Positions 43,815-51,730 of a DNA stretch of 64,000 nt are shown here, piece by piece. A model generated the notes under the pieces. That model searched no databases. It was not told where the DNA came from and saw only the letters and a program-made list of their open reading frames with translations. The translations under genes and the position numbers were made by a program. Position 1 is the stretch's first letter. Each line of letters starts with the position of its first letter. This DNA is from Patescibacteria group bacterium (GTDB lineage: Bacteria > Patescibacteriota > Minisyncoccia > Minisyncoccales > Staskawiczbacteraceae), in the NCBI GenBank assembly GCA_018895235.1, contig JAHIOM010000010.1, forward strand, positions 2,406 to 66,405. The letters run 5' to 3'.

Positions 43815-45125
43815 TTAATTCGGTTGTTTTATGGTCACTTCGGTTTGTTTTTTTTGGTTTGATACCATTAAGTCAGACGTTTTAACGTCAAGCTGAATAT
43901 GAGAAGAACCATCAGCGTTCATAATCCAGATTTCCCTTTTCCCGTTATCATACTTATACCCTCGCACATAAACAATCTGTTTCCCGTCGGGCGACCATGA
44001 CGGGGAGAATTCCTCATAATAAGGTTCATCTTTTTTCTCTCTTTCTTCTTCTGGTGTTCTTTTCGGCTTGACAGCGGTTAGGGGACTGACATTTTTTCCA
44101 TCAATATCAATTTTCCAAATACGCCTGCCCAAGAAAACCTCACCGTAATTATCCTCAAAGACAAAAGCTATTGTTTTACCGTCAGGCGAGAAAGAAGGTT
44201 CGCTGTACTCATAGCGATCGCTTGGCCCCCCTTCATAATGACTAGTCGGTCGGTATCCCTGTTTTATTTTTCTCTTTAACTCTTCTCTTTTTTCTTCTGT
44301 TTTGGTTAGATTAATTTTGTTTGTCCCGGAGACGTCGAATATATAAACATCTCTGTTAGCATAAATAATCTTCTTGCCGTCTTCAGAAAAACACACATCT
44401 CCCCAAAATAATAGCCCCGGGATTTTTATTGCGCCAATAGGTTTTCCCGTTGGTTCAATTTGGTAAAAGATACCCGGGTTTCTGGTCCGATATATGATTT
44501 TTCCGCTCTTTAGCCACTGGATAAAAGAGGGAATCTGTTTCCCGTTGGTCTTCAATATGAAAGAGAAATTAATTTTAGCAACGTTCGCTTTCCAAAGATA
44601 AATTTCGTCTTGTTCGGAAAAACCATTCGGGGAGTCCATAAAAACAATTTCGTTGCTGCTTGGCGACCAATCGTAGTTCCCAAGGAAGCAGTCGGAAATC
44701 AGAAGGGGTAATATGGGTTTTTGTGGTAGCTCGGGGGGTTTGTATCCGCCAGGATAACCCTTTGCTTCAAGGGGTTTTTCCCTTGCGCTCATTCCCGGCG
44801 CCAGAGCCATTGGACGGTCCGTGAACCAGTAAAACGGCAATATCGCCTCTAGATTAGAACCACTTGGCTCAACCGTTAAAATATTAAAAGCCTTTAATGG
44901 TATTTCTTTGGCGTTGCCCGCAGAATCCTCTTTAATTTCGCGCTTTTCGCATGTCGCGACAAACGCGATTTTTTTGCCGTCAGGCGACCAGCGCGGATTG
45001 CCAAAAGAGAGAATGCGAATTTCTTTTGCCAGAGCATCTTTGTCTCCAGCAAAGACCGCATTCCCGAAAACAAGCATCCCGACAATTAAAACAACAATTA
45101 AAAGATTGGCTCGTGTTTTATTCAT
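43815..45125 (-). CDS. secreted TolB-like beta-propeller protein (PD40/WD40-like repeats)
   Basis: Repeated RWSPDGKKIAFV, FSPDGKTIAFV, WSPDGKQIVYV and FSEDGKKIIY motifs. N-terminal signal/TM. Confidence 0.7.
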   Translation of the reverse strand: MNKTRANLLIVVLIVGMLVFGNAVFAGDKDALAKEIRILSFGNPRWSPDGKKIAFVATCEKREIKEDSAGNAKEIPLKAFNILTVEPSGSNLEAILPFYWFTDRPMALAPGMSAREKPLEAKGYPGGYKPPELPQKPILPLLISDCFLGNYDWSPSSNEIVFMDSPNGFSEQDEIYLWKANVAKINFSFILKTNGKQIPSFIQWLKSGKIIYRTRNPGIFYQIEPTGKPIGAIKIPGLLFWGDVCFSEDGKKIIYANRDVYIFDVSGTNKINLTKTEEKREELKRKIKQGYRPTSHYEGGPSDRYEYSEPSFSPDGKTIAFVFEDNYGEVFLGRRIWKIDIDGKNVSPLTAVKPKRTPEEEREKKDEPYYEEFSPSWSPDGKQIVYVRGYKYDNGKREIWIMNADGSSHIQLDVKTSDLMVSNQKKQTEVTIKQPN

Positions 45126-45209
45126 TTCCTTTCTCCTTACAGAGTATTAAGTTGGCAAAGAACCAAAATTAATGGTCTAATTTTATAGTAAAACTATCAA
45201 GCGGGGCTG

Positions 45210-46031
45210 TCAATGCGCCTTAAAAGTTTTAGTAAGAGCTACCCAATTTTTAATAAAAAAATTTTCAGCCCTTTGTTTTGGATTTATTCTGTTTTTCAAA
45301 AACCAAGAGAGAATTTTTTCCTTATTTAATTCTAATCCTTTCGTTAAATTATTGGTAAGTTGTTTTCTTGGTTGGGAAAAGCCGGCTCTTGCAATTTTAA
45401 AAAACAAGTCCGCGCTTATCCGCGGTTTTTTTATGTCGGATATTTTTAATATTGCGCTGTCAACTTTTGGCTGGGGCCAGAAAGATTGCTTTGAAATATA
45501 ATCAATTATTTCCGGCTTCCCATAAAATTGGACAGATACTGCCAGCAAATTCATTTTTGGCGGTTTTGCGCAGATTCTTTGAGCAACCTCTTTTTGAACC
45601 ATTAAAACCATTAATTTCGGGGGGACTCCATGCTCCAGAAATTTTCTGATAACCGGAGAAGTAATATAATATGGCAAATTTGCCACCACCTTATACTCTT
45701 TAGTTAATTTCAAGTTTTTGATTCTTAATATGTCAGCGCTAATAACTTCTAAATTTTTAAAACCACTGAAACCCTTTTTCAAAACTTTTGCCATTTTTTG
45801 GTCTTTTTCTATTGCGATTACTTTTTTCACTCTTTTTATTAATTCCTGCGTTAAAATCCCGGTGCCAGGCCCAATTTCCAAGACAATATCAGATGGTTTA
45901 AGATCAGCAGTCCGTACAATCTTTTTTAATGCGGTTTTATCTATCAAAAAATTCTGGCCCAAACCCCTAGAGGGTTTAATTTTCTGTCGAGTTAGCGTAT
46001 TTTTAGTGTTTCTTATAATATTTTTGGTCAT
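45210..46031 (-). CDS. rsmA: 16S rRNA (adenine1518/1519-N6) dimethyltransferase RsmA/KsgA
   Basis: GLGQNFLIDK, SAM motif VLEIGPGTGILT, NLPYYITSPV. Confidence 0.9.
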   Translation of the reverse strand: MTKNIIRNTKNTLTRQKIKPSRGLGQNFLIDKTALKKIVRTADLKPSDIVLEIGPGTGILTQELIKRVKKVIAIEKDQKMAKVLKKGFSGFKNLEVISADILRIKNLKLTKEYKVVANLPYYITSPVIRKFLEHGVPPKLMVLMVQKEVAQRICAKPPKMNLLAVSVQFYGKPEIIDYISKQSFWPQPKVDSAILKISDIKKPRISADLFFKIARAGFSQPRKQLTNNLTKGLELNKEKILSWFLKNRINPKQRAENFFIKNWVALTKTFKAH

Positions 46032-46174
46032 ATTTAATTTATAATACCTCTTTTTGGTGTGTGGATAAAATCAATTGACAAACATCTTCGTGGGATATAT
46101 TCTAAAAATAGAGAAGGCGCTGTGTTTTCTCATTATGTCCTTCAATCTTTAACAATTGAATAAGGAGAAGAAAG

Positions 46175-46432
46175 ATGAAAAAGATGCATATAATTTTATT
46201 GGTTGTGACGGTGTTTATTGTTTTGGCAGGTTTTTCTGTAGCAGGAGCAGCGATAGACCCCCCCTACGTACCTAATTTAACCTTTGGGCCGAATCCACGA
46301 GGTTTTGGTTTAAATTGGGGTGTGGCGTTACTAGTAATAGGAATTGGGATGATTGTGCTTGTAATAGTATATTATTTAGAAAAAATAGCTAAACAGCAAA
46401 AGAAACTACTTGAAAACCAAAAAAAAAGATAG
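46175..46432 (+). CDS. small two-TM membrane protein (paralog A)
   Basis: AAGGAGAAG RBS. MKKMHIILLVVTV... then a variable ectoloop, a second TM, and EKIAKQQKKLLENQKKR. Confidence 0.6.
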   Translation: MKKMHIILLVVTVFIVLAGFSVAGAAIDPPYVPNLTFGPNPRGFGLNWGVALLVIGIGMIVLVIVYYLEKIAKQQKKLLENQKKR

Positions 46433-46504
46433 TAAAGCCCCCTTAGTGAAGCCCCTTTAAAGAAACACAAACAACCCATTAACGTCTAGAAACTATTCCA
46501 AATA

Positions 46505-46535
46505 AAGCCGGGCTTGCGCCTGGCTTCTTTTTTTT
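46505..46535 (+). terminator. intrinsic terminator (AAAGCCGGGC-type)
   Basis: AAGCCGGGC ttgc GCCTGGCTT followed by a T-run. Confidence 0.8.
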
Positions 46536-46563
46536 AAACTTATACAAGCGAGTAAGAGTGTGC

Positions 46564-46710
46564 CCCGTAGTAGAAATTTGATAACCATTTTACTGAGGAA
46601 AATGTTGTGGAAAAATCAAATTTCACTACGGGACTAGCCCAGTAGAGAATTTTGACTTTTATCACAACAGCCTATTTATCTGGGTTGGTTGTCAAAATTC
46701 TTCTACTGGG
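46564..46710. repeat. two adjacent ~70-nt long-stem hairpins, related to each other in inverted orientation
   Basis: 46564-46632 has stem CCCGTAGTAGAAATTTGAT / ATCAAATTTCACTACGGG. 46638-46710 has stem CCCAGTAGAGAATTTTGAC / GTCAAAATTCTTCTACTGGG. The loop of one resembles the reverse complement of the other's loop. Confidence 0.8.
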
Positions 46711-46821
46711 GATAAAATCAATTGACAAACATCTTCGTGGGATATATTCTAAAAATAGAGAAGGTGCTGTGTTTTCTCACCGCACCCTTCAATCTTTAAC
46801 AATTGAATAAGGAGAAGAAAG

Positions 46822-47127
46822 ATGAAAAAGATGCATATAATTTTATTGGTTGTGACGGTGATTGTTGTTTTGGCAGTAATTAGCTTGCTTACAACAGAAG
46901 TATTAGCTCTTGATCTACTTGACACTAGTCGAGTCGTTGACAATATGAAAGGTCTTTCTGGCCTTCCTGACGTAGAGAACAGGATACAAAGAGCAATAGT
47001 AATAGGAGTGGTGGTAGGAGCGGTGACATTGTTTGTTATATTTTTAGTTGAAATAGCTAAACAACAAAAGAAACCACTTGAAAACCAAAAAAAAGATAGT
47101 AAAGCCCCCTTAGTGAAGCCCCTTTAA
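46822..47127 (+). CDS. small two-TM membrane protein (paralog B)
   Basis: Same first 13 codons and same C-terminal EIAKQQKKPLENQKK as paralog A. A8 instead of A9 extends the frame by DSKAPLVKPL. Confidence 0.6.
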   Translation: MKKMHIILLVVTVIVVLAVISLLTTEVLALDLLDTSRVVDNMKGLSGLPDVENRIQRAIVIGVVVGAVTLFVIFLVEIAKQQKKPLENQKKDSKAPLVKPL

Positions 47128-47171
47128 AGAAACACAAACAACCCATTAACGCCTAGAAACTATTTCCAATA

Positions 47172-47202
47172 AAGCCGGGTTTGCGCCTGGCTTCTTTTTT
47201 TT
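47172..47202 (+). terminator. intrinsic terminator (AAAGCCGGGC-type)
   Basis: AAGCCGGGT ttgc GCCTGGCTT followed by a T-run. Confidence 0.75.
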
Positions 47203-47432
47203 AAACTTATACAAGCGATAAAATCAACAATAGCCGGCCTTCCATTGGTTGTGTTCTACTGATTAATGAGAGTGTGGATAAAATATTGACTATAAGGTTG
47301 AAAAGTGATATTTTTGAGATAGCCTAACTTCTTTGTTTAGTTAGTTAAAGATAGGGAAATTTGTGCTAAATAAATAACCAATAATAAAGAAGGAGGGTTT
47401 TAAAATATATTCCTAAGCTATCTTTTCAAAAT

Positions 47433-48578
47433 TTGAAGAGTAAGATCTTAGTCCTCTGCCATTACATATGGAAAAAAGTCAGTGTTGTGGCAGAATTCAG
47501 GGGTTTATTCAAAACTCCTTGTTTTTATTATAGCTTGATTATAATTGTTATATTGGGTTTGGTCTATTTTAGCGTTAACCGTTTCCCTAAAACTGTTATT
47601 TGGCAGAGCCTAAGCTATTTTAACAGCGCTAATACTTCTTTTTCTGATAATGTTCTGAAAAACTCCGATTCTCAAACAGGAGTTTTATTTTTTGGTCAAA
47701 ACCAGAATTTGTTTTTAGAGCTGCCCGAACTGAAGATTATTCAAGGAGACAGTTTAGCCGCTCTTACTCCGCCAAGGGCGCTTTCTTTGAAGGTTTTGGG
47801 CGCGTTATTCGGCCAAGGAGAACAACCGAGAAAAGAAATTATTGAGTATACTGTCCTTTCGGGCAATACCTTAAAATCTATTGCTCAAAATTTTGATATT
47901 TCTCTTGATACTTTACTTTGGGCAAATGAACTTACTGCATCATCAAAAATCAAGATTGGCGACAAATTTATTATTTTACCGGTCTCGGGTGCCATTCATT
48001 TTGTAAAAACAGGCGATACTATTAGTACGATTGCTAAAACTTATAAAGCTCAAGTTGAGGATATTATTGAAATAAACGAAATCGCAAATGAGTCTGATAT
48101 ATATATAGGCGATATCTTGGTTATTCCTAACGGAGTTCCTCCTAAGAAAACATTTGAACCAACTCAGACATATCTAGCTGATAATTACTTTATTTTCCCG
48201 GTGGAAGGAAAGATAAGCCAAAGACTTCACTGGTATAATGCTGTAGATATTGCCAACAAATGCGGGACTCCTGTTTTTGCTGCGGCTCCCGGGGTTGTCC
48301 AAAAAGCCAAGTATGGCTGGAATTCAGGCGGCGGGAACGTTGTCACAATTTTACATAAAGATAGTATAGTCACTTGGTACGGTCACCTTTTGAGTATTTT
48401 TGTAAAGCCCGGGGATATAGTGGATGTTGGCCAGAAAATTGGTTTGGTTGGCGGCCAGCCTGGTACAAGTGGAGCAGGTATTTCAACTGGTTGTCACTTG
48501 CATTTCACGGTTATCGGAGCAAAGAATCCCCTTGCTAAATATCCTTTTGGGTATCAAATAAAATATGTACAAAATTAA
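47433..48578 (+). CDS. LysM-domain M23 peptidoglycan endopeptidase; non-ATG start, position uncertain
   Basis: Two LysM motifs (YTVLSGNTLKSIAQNFDISLDTLLWAN and HFVKTGDTISTIAKTYKAQVEDIIEIN). M23 motifs GTPVFAAAPGVV and CHLHFTV. No in-frame ATG before the TM segment. Confidence 0.8.
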   Translation: MKSKILVLCHYIWKKVSVVAEFRGLFKTPCFYYSLIIIVILGLVYFSVNRFPKTVIWQSLSYFNSANTSFSDNVLKNSDSQTGVLFFGQNQNLFLELPELKIIQGDSLAALTPPRALSLKVLGALFGQGEQPRKEIIEYTVLSGNTLKSIAQNFDISLDTLLWANELTASSKIKIGDKFIILPVSGAIHFVKTGDTISTIAKTYKAQVEDIIEINEIANESDIYIGDILVIPNGVPPKKTFEPTQTYLADNYFIFPVEGKISQRLHWYNAVDIANKCGTPVFAAAPGVVQKAKYGWNSGGGNVVTILHKDSIVTWYGHLLSIFVKPGDIVDVGQKIGLVGGQPGTSGAGISTGCHLHFTVIGAKNPLAKYPFGYQIKYVQN

Positions 48579-48648
48579 ATAGTACGAACTAAAAAAACAG
48601 GAGAACATCCTGTTTTTTGTTGCGTAAAATCTTAACTTTGTTTTGGTA

Positions 48649-50193
48649 TTAATTTTCTTTTAACCTATACATTAAAGCTTCGGCAGTATGATTATATCGG
48701 ATGATTTCTGACAGGTCCAAATCAGCAATAGTTCTGGCGACTTTTAAAACCCGGTGGTAACCGCGGGCAGATAGTTTACCTGAGTCAACATATTTTCTTA
48801 AAAGGTCGTGGGATTTTTCATCATGGTTACAGTGTTTTTTGATTTCAGGAACGTTTATTTCGGAATTTACCAAGATTTTATCATTGCGGAATCTTTCTTT
48901 TTGGATTTCCCGCGTTCTTTTAATTTTCTCCCTTATTTTTTCGCTTAACGACTCTTGGGGTTCTAGAATCAATTTTTCGTATTTTACGCTTGGTACTTCA
49001 ATAAAAAGGTCTAGTCTGTCCATAAGGGGGCCGGAGAGCTTTCGGCGATACATCGCGACCTGAGAGGGCGTACAGCTGCATTCTTTTTCCGGGTCGTTCA
49101 AATACCCGCAGGGGCAGGGGTTGCTGGCCGCTATTAACATAAAACGGCTTGGGAAAGTAAAGATATTTCTCGCTCTGGAGATTGTTATTTTACCTTCTTC
49201 AATCGGTTGGCGAAGAGATTCTAAAACATCCCGGCGGAACTCGGGGAACTCGTCTAAAAATAAAACTCCGCGGTGAGCAAAAGTAATTTCGCCCGGCCTT
49301 GGCGGGTTTCCCCCGCCCATTAAAGCTGCTTCAGAGCAGGTGTGGTGCGGTGAGCGGAAGGGCCGAGAGATAATAAATGGCTTATCTTCCGGCAATAGGC
49401 CAGCTATGCTGTAGATTTTAGTAACTTCTAATGATTCAGAAAAACTTAATTTTGGTAAAATAGACGGCACTGCTTTGGCCAATAAGGTTTTGCCTCCGCC
49501 CGGCGGGCCAAATAAAAAAATATTATGACCGCCGGCAGCCGTAATCTCAAGGGCTCTTTTTGCATATTCTTGTCCTTTTACCCAAGACAAATCAACAATA
49601 TGGTCAGGATTTTCAATTAAATCCCTCTCTTCAAAACTATCGGGTTCCACTGTTTTTTTCCCTTCCAGATATTGGATTACTTCAGTCAGAGAGTCCAAAC
49701 CGACTATTTTTAAATCTCCTGGATTTTTAAGAAGAGCAGTCACCAAGACCGCTTCTTTCGCATTTGCTTTTGGCAGAATCACTTCTTTTATGTTTTCCTT
49801 TCTTGCCAATAAAGCAAAGGGCAGGGCGCCTTTAACAGGTCTTAATTTTCCGTCTAAAGAAAGTTCGCCCAAAAATATTTTGTCTTGGGCGTTAAATTGA
49901 ATTTGGTTTGAAGCAGATAGAAAGGCCAGGGCTATTGGTAGATCATATAAAGAACCTTCTTTTTTCAAATCAGCCGGCGCCAAATTAACTAAAATCTTAA
50001 GGGGCTTAGAAGAGGGAGAGGAAAGCTTTGAGTTTTTAATAGCGCTTCTTATTCTTTCTTTTGATTCTTCTATTGCTTTGTCCGGCAAACCGACAATATT
50101 AAAAGAGCGGAGGCCGCGTGAGACGTCAACCTCCACTTCTACAATTTTTGCGTCTAAGCCCACTATAGCGCCAGAGAGAATTTTAGATGGCAT
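48649..50193 (-). CDS. comM: YifB/ComM-family Mg-chelatase-like ATPase
   Basis: Lon-like N-domain, Walker A LFGPPGGGKTLLA, Walker B GVLFLDEFPEF, zinc-ribbon-like NPCPCGY. Confidence 0.9.
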   Translation of the reverse strand: MPSKILSGAIVGLDAKIVEVEVDVSRGLRSFNIVGLPDKAIEESKERIRSAIKNSKLSSPSSKPLKILVNLAPADLKKEGSLYDLPIALAFLSASNQIQFNAQDKIFLGELSLDGKLRPVKGALPFALLARKENIKEVILPKANAKEAVLVTALLKNPGDLKIVGLDSLTEVIQYLEGKKTVEPDSFEERDLIENPDHIVDLSWVKGQEYAKRALEITAAGGHNIFLFGPPGGGKTLLAKAVPSILPKLSFSESLEVTKIYSIAGLLPEDKPFIISRPFRSPHHTCSEAALMGGGNPPRPGEITFAHRGVLFLDEFPEFRRDVLESLRQPIEEGKITISRARNIFTFPSRFMLIAASNPCPCGYLNDPEKECSCTPSQVAMYRRKLSGPLMDRLDLFIEVPSVKYEKLILEPQESLSEKIREKIKRTREIQKERFRNDKILVNSEINVPEIKKHCNHDEKSHDLLRKYVDSGKLSARGYHRVLKVARTIADLDLSEIIRYNHTAEALMYRLKEN

Positions 50194-50218
50194 AATTATA
50201 TAAATAGCTCCGCTGCTT

Positions 50219-50572
50219 CTATTTGCACTTTGTACAGAGTTTTGCCTCCGGGCATGCTTTTAATCTCGCAATATCAATAGATTTTCCGCATTTTCCGCAT
50301 TTGCCGTATTTGTTCTTCTTTATTTTTTCCAAAGCCAAGTTTATGTCCCGCAACTTTAATTCAAGGGCATGTTCTATGGAGAGTAGTTTTTCATATTCTT
50401 GGAACTCATCTGCTTCTTCCTCGAGATCTCCGCCGTTAAACTTCGGATAGCGGGTGTTCCAATCGCCTCTTGGTTTTACGTCTTCTTTGGCAAAACTCTT
50501 TAATTCTTTTTCAATAGATTCTTTTTGCTGTTGCAACTTTTTTTCTAATTTTTTAAGTATTTCAGAATTCAT
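50219..50572 (-). CDS. TraR/DksA-family C4 zinc-finger protein
   Basis: Coiled-coil N-terminal half and C-terminal CGKCGKSIDIARLKACPEAKLCTKC. Confidence 0.75.
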   Translation of the reverse strand: MNSEILKKLEKKLQQQKESIEKELKSFAKEDVKPRGDWNTRYPKFNGGDLEEEADEFQEYEKLLSIEHALELKLRDINLALEKIKKNKYGKCGKCGKSIDIARLKACPEAKLCTKCK

Positions 50573-50609
50573 ATATTCTGTTGGTCTTAATTTTTATTGT
50601 TATTTCAAG

Positions 50610-50669
50610 ATTATATGATACACATTAGCGAATCAAGGTTCTGCCGAGCGTTAGCGAGGCAGGTTCTTA
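50610..50669 (-). repeat. hairpin cassette family, copy E, with TTGATT-N15-TATAAT
   Basis: The minus strand reads AAGAACC TGCCTCGCTAACGCTCGGCA GAACCTTGATTCGCTAATGTGTATCATATAAT. It supplies the last codons and stop of 50651..51712 and precedes the TraR/DksA-like gene. Confidence 0.8.
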
Positions 50670-51712
50670 TCTTTGTTTTCTTCTGTTTTTTCCCATTTTT
50701 CAATGTTTTCTAAAAATCTTTTTCTTTCCTCCTCTTCTTTCTCAGAAGTTTCTTGTATCTTTTTTACCAGCTTTTCTTTTCTCCCGGCTTCCGGTATCCC
50801 TTTTAAAAATGGCTTTTCTTCAATATTTCCTCCTTTGGTCCACTCTTTGCGCCTAATTTCTTCCTTTCTTTTGCTCTCTATATTCGCCTTTTTTAGAGCC
50901 CCCTCATCTCTTTGTTCTTTTTGGGCTCTTCTTTTCTCTTCCTCTTTTGTCATTACGCCCTCATAAATTACTCTTAATGAATTGTTAGTTTCTGTAATTT
51001 TATCTCTTAATATTTTCTGTTCCTCTAAAACTTTTTGGTATTCGTCATTAGTACTTTTTATCGCGCTTTCTATGTTTTCTAACTCCCTTTCTATAGTCCA
51101 CCTCTTTTTTTCCGAAGTTTCCCTCTTTTTTTCCAGACTCCATCTTTTTTTCTCTAATTTTTGCTTATTTTTCGGGACATTGGTTGTTTTCTCGGTTTCG
51201 CTGATTAATTTTTGTTCATCTTCAATCTTTTTTTCTTCCTCTGAATAAATTTTGAGATTTTCCTCAATTGATTCTTTCTCCAACAAAAGTTTATTCTTTT
51301 GTAGAAGCAGGGCGGGTTCTTTTTCTTTTTGGAGGTTTTGGAGCTGTTTCTCTAAATCAACTTTCTCTGATTCTAAATAAAAAATCTGTTGTTTCTCTTC
51401 CTCATTAGCGAAGTTTTTTAACTGTACCATCGCTTTTTTTTCTTCTTCTGATTTTTTTCCAAAAATCTCTGTCCTTGCCTCGACTTGCTTTTCCAAACTT
51501 TCTTTTTCAATTTCCTCTTGTTTGACTTTTTCTAATTTTGCCCTTTCAATTCTTTCTTCCTCAGGAGTTTTAATGCCCACTATTCTATCCCTTTCTTTTA
51601 ATGCAACACCTTCTCTCAATTTTTGGATGTCTTTGCGCATTGTCCGTACCTCAGCTCTACTTAAAAACTCTTTGGCCTGTTCGTCTTCAATATCTGTTGG
51701 TACTTTTGCCAT
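50651..51712 (-). CDS. Glu/Lys-rich coiled-coil protein, unknown
   Basis: 353-aa charged low-complexity ORF with internal repeats (EKKRWSLEKKRETSEKKRWTIE). Confidence 0.5.
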   Translation of the reverse strand: MAKVPTDIEDEQAKEFLSRAEVRTMRKDIQKLREGVALKERDRIVGIKTPEEERIERAKLEKVKQEEIEKESLEKQVEARTEIFGKKSEEEKKAMVQLKNFANEEEKQQIFYLESEKVDLEKQLQNLQKEKEPALLLQKNKLLLEKESIEENLKIYSEEEKKIEDEQKLISETEKTTNVPKNKQKLEKKRWSLEKKRETSEKKRWTIERELENIESAIKSTNDEYQKVLEEQKILRDKITETNNSLRVIYEGVMTKEEEKRRAQKEQRDEGALKKANIESKRKEEIRRKEWTKGGNIEEKPFLKGIPEAGRKEKLVKKIQETSEKEEEERKRFLENIEKWEKTEENKDKNLPR

Positions 51713-51730
51713 AATCTTAAGATGTTTGAA

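Larger units (their letters stand above)
46063..46551 (+). repeat. tandem segmental duplication, copy 1 (promoter + small gene + terminator)
   Basis: The 5' part (GGATAAAATCAATTGACAAACATCTTCG...ATGAAAAAGATGCATATAATTTTATTGGTTGTGACGGTG) and the 3' part (…AAACAGCAAAAGAAA…terminator…CTTATACAAGCGA) are nearly identical to 46710-47218. The middle is unrelated. Confidence 0.85.
46710..47218 (+). repeat. tandem segmental duplication, copy 2
   Basis: See copy 1. The offset of the conserved 5' ends is 647 nt. Confidence 0.85.

Noticed and set aside
26900-47300. Integrative conjugative element, prophage or IS explanation for the accessory block.
   Set aside because: No integrase, transposase, relaxase, coupling protein, capsid or terminase genes were recognised. 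No flanking tRNA-derived att repeats were recognised. The block is described instead as a chromosomal T4SS-like locus with small inserted cassettes.
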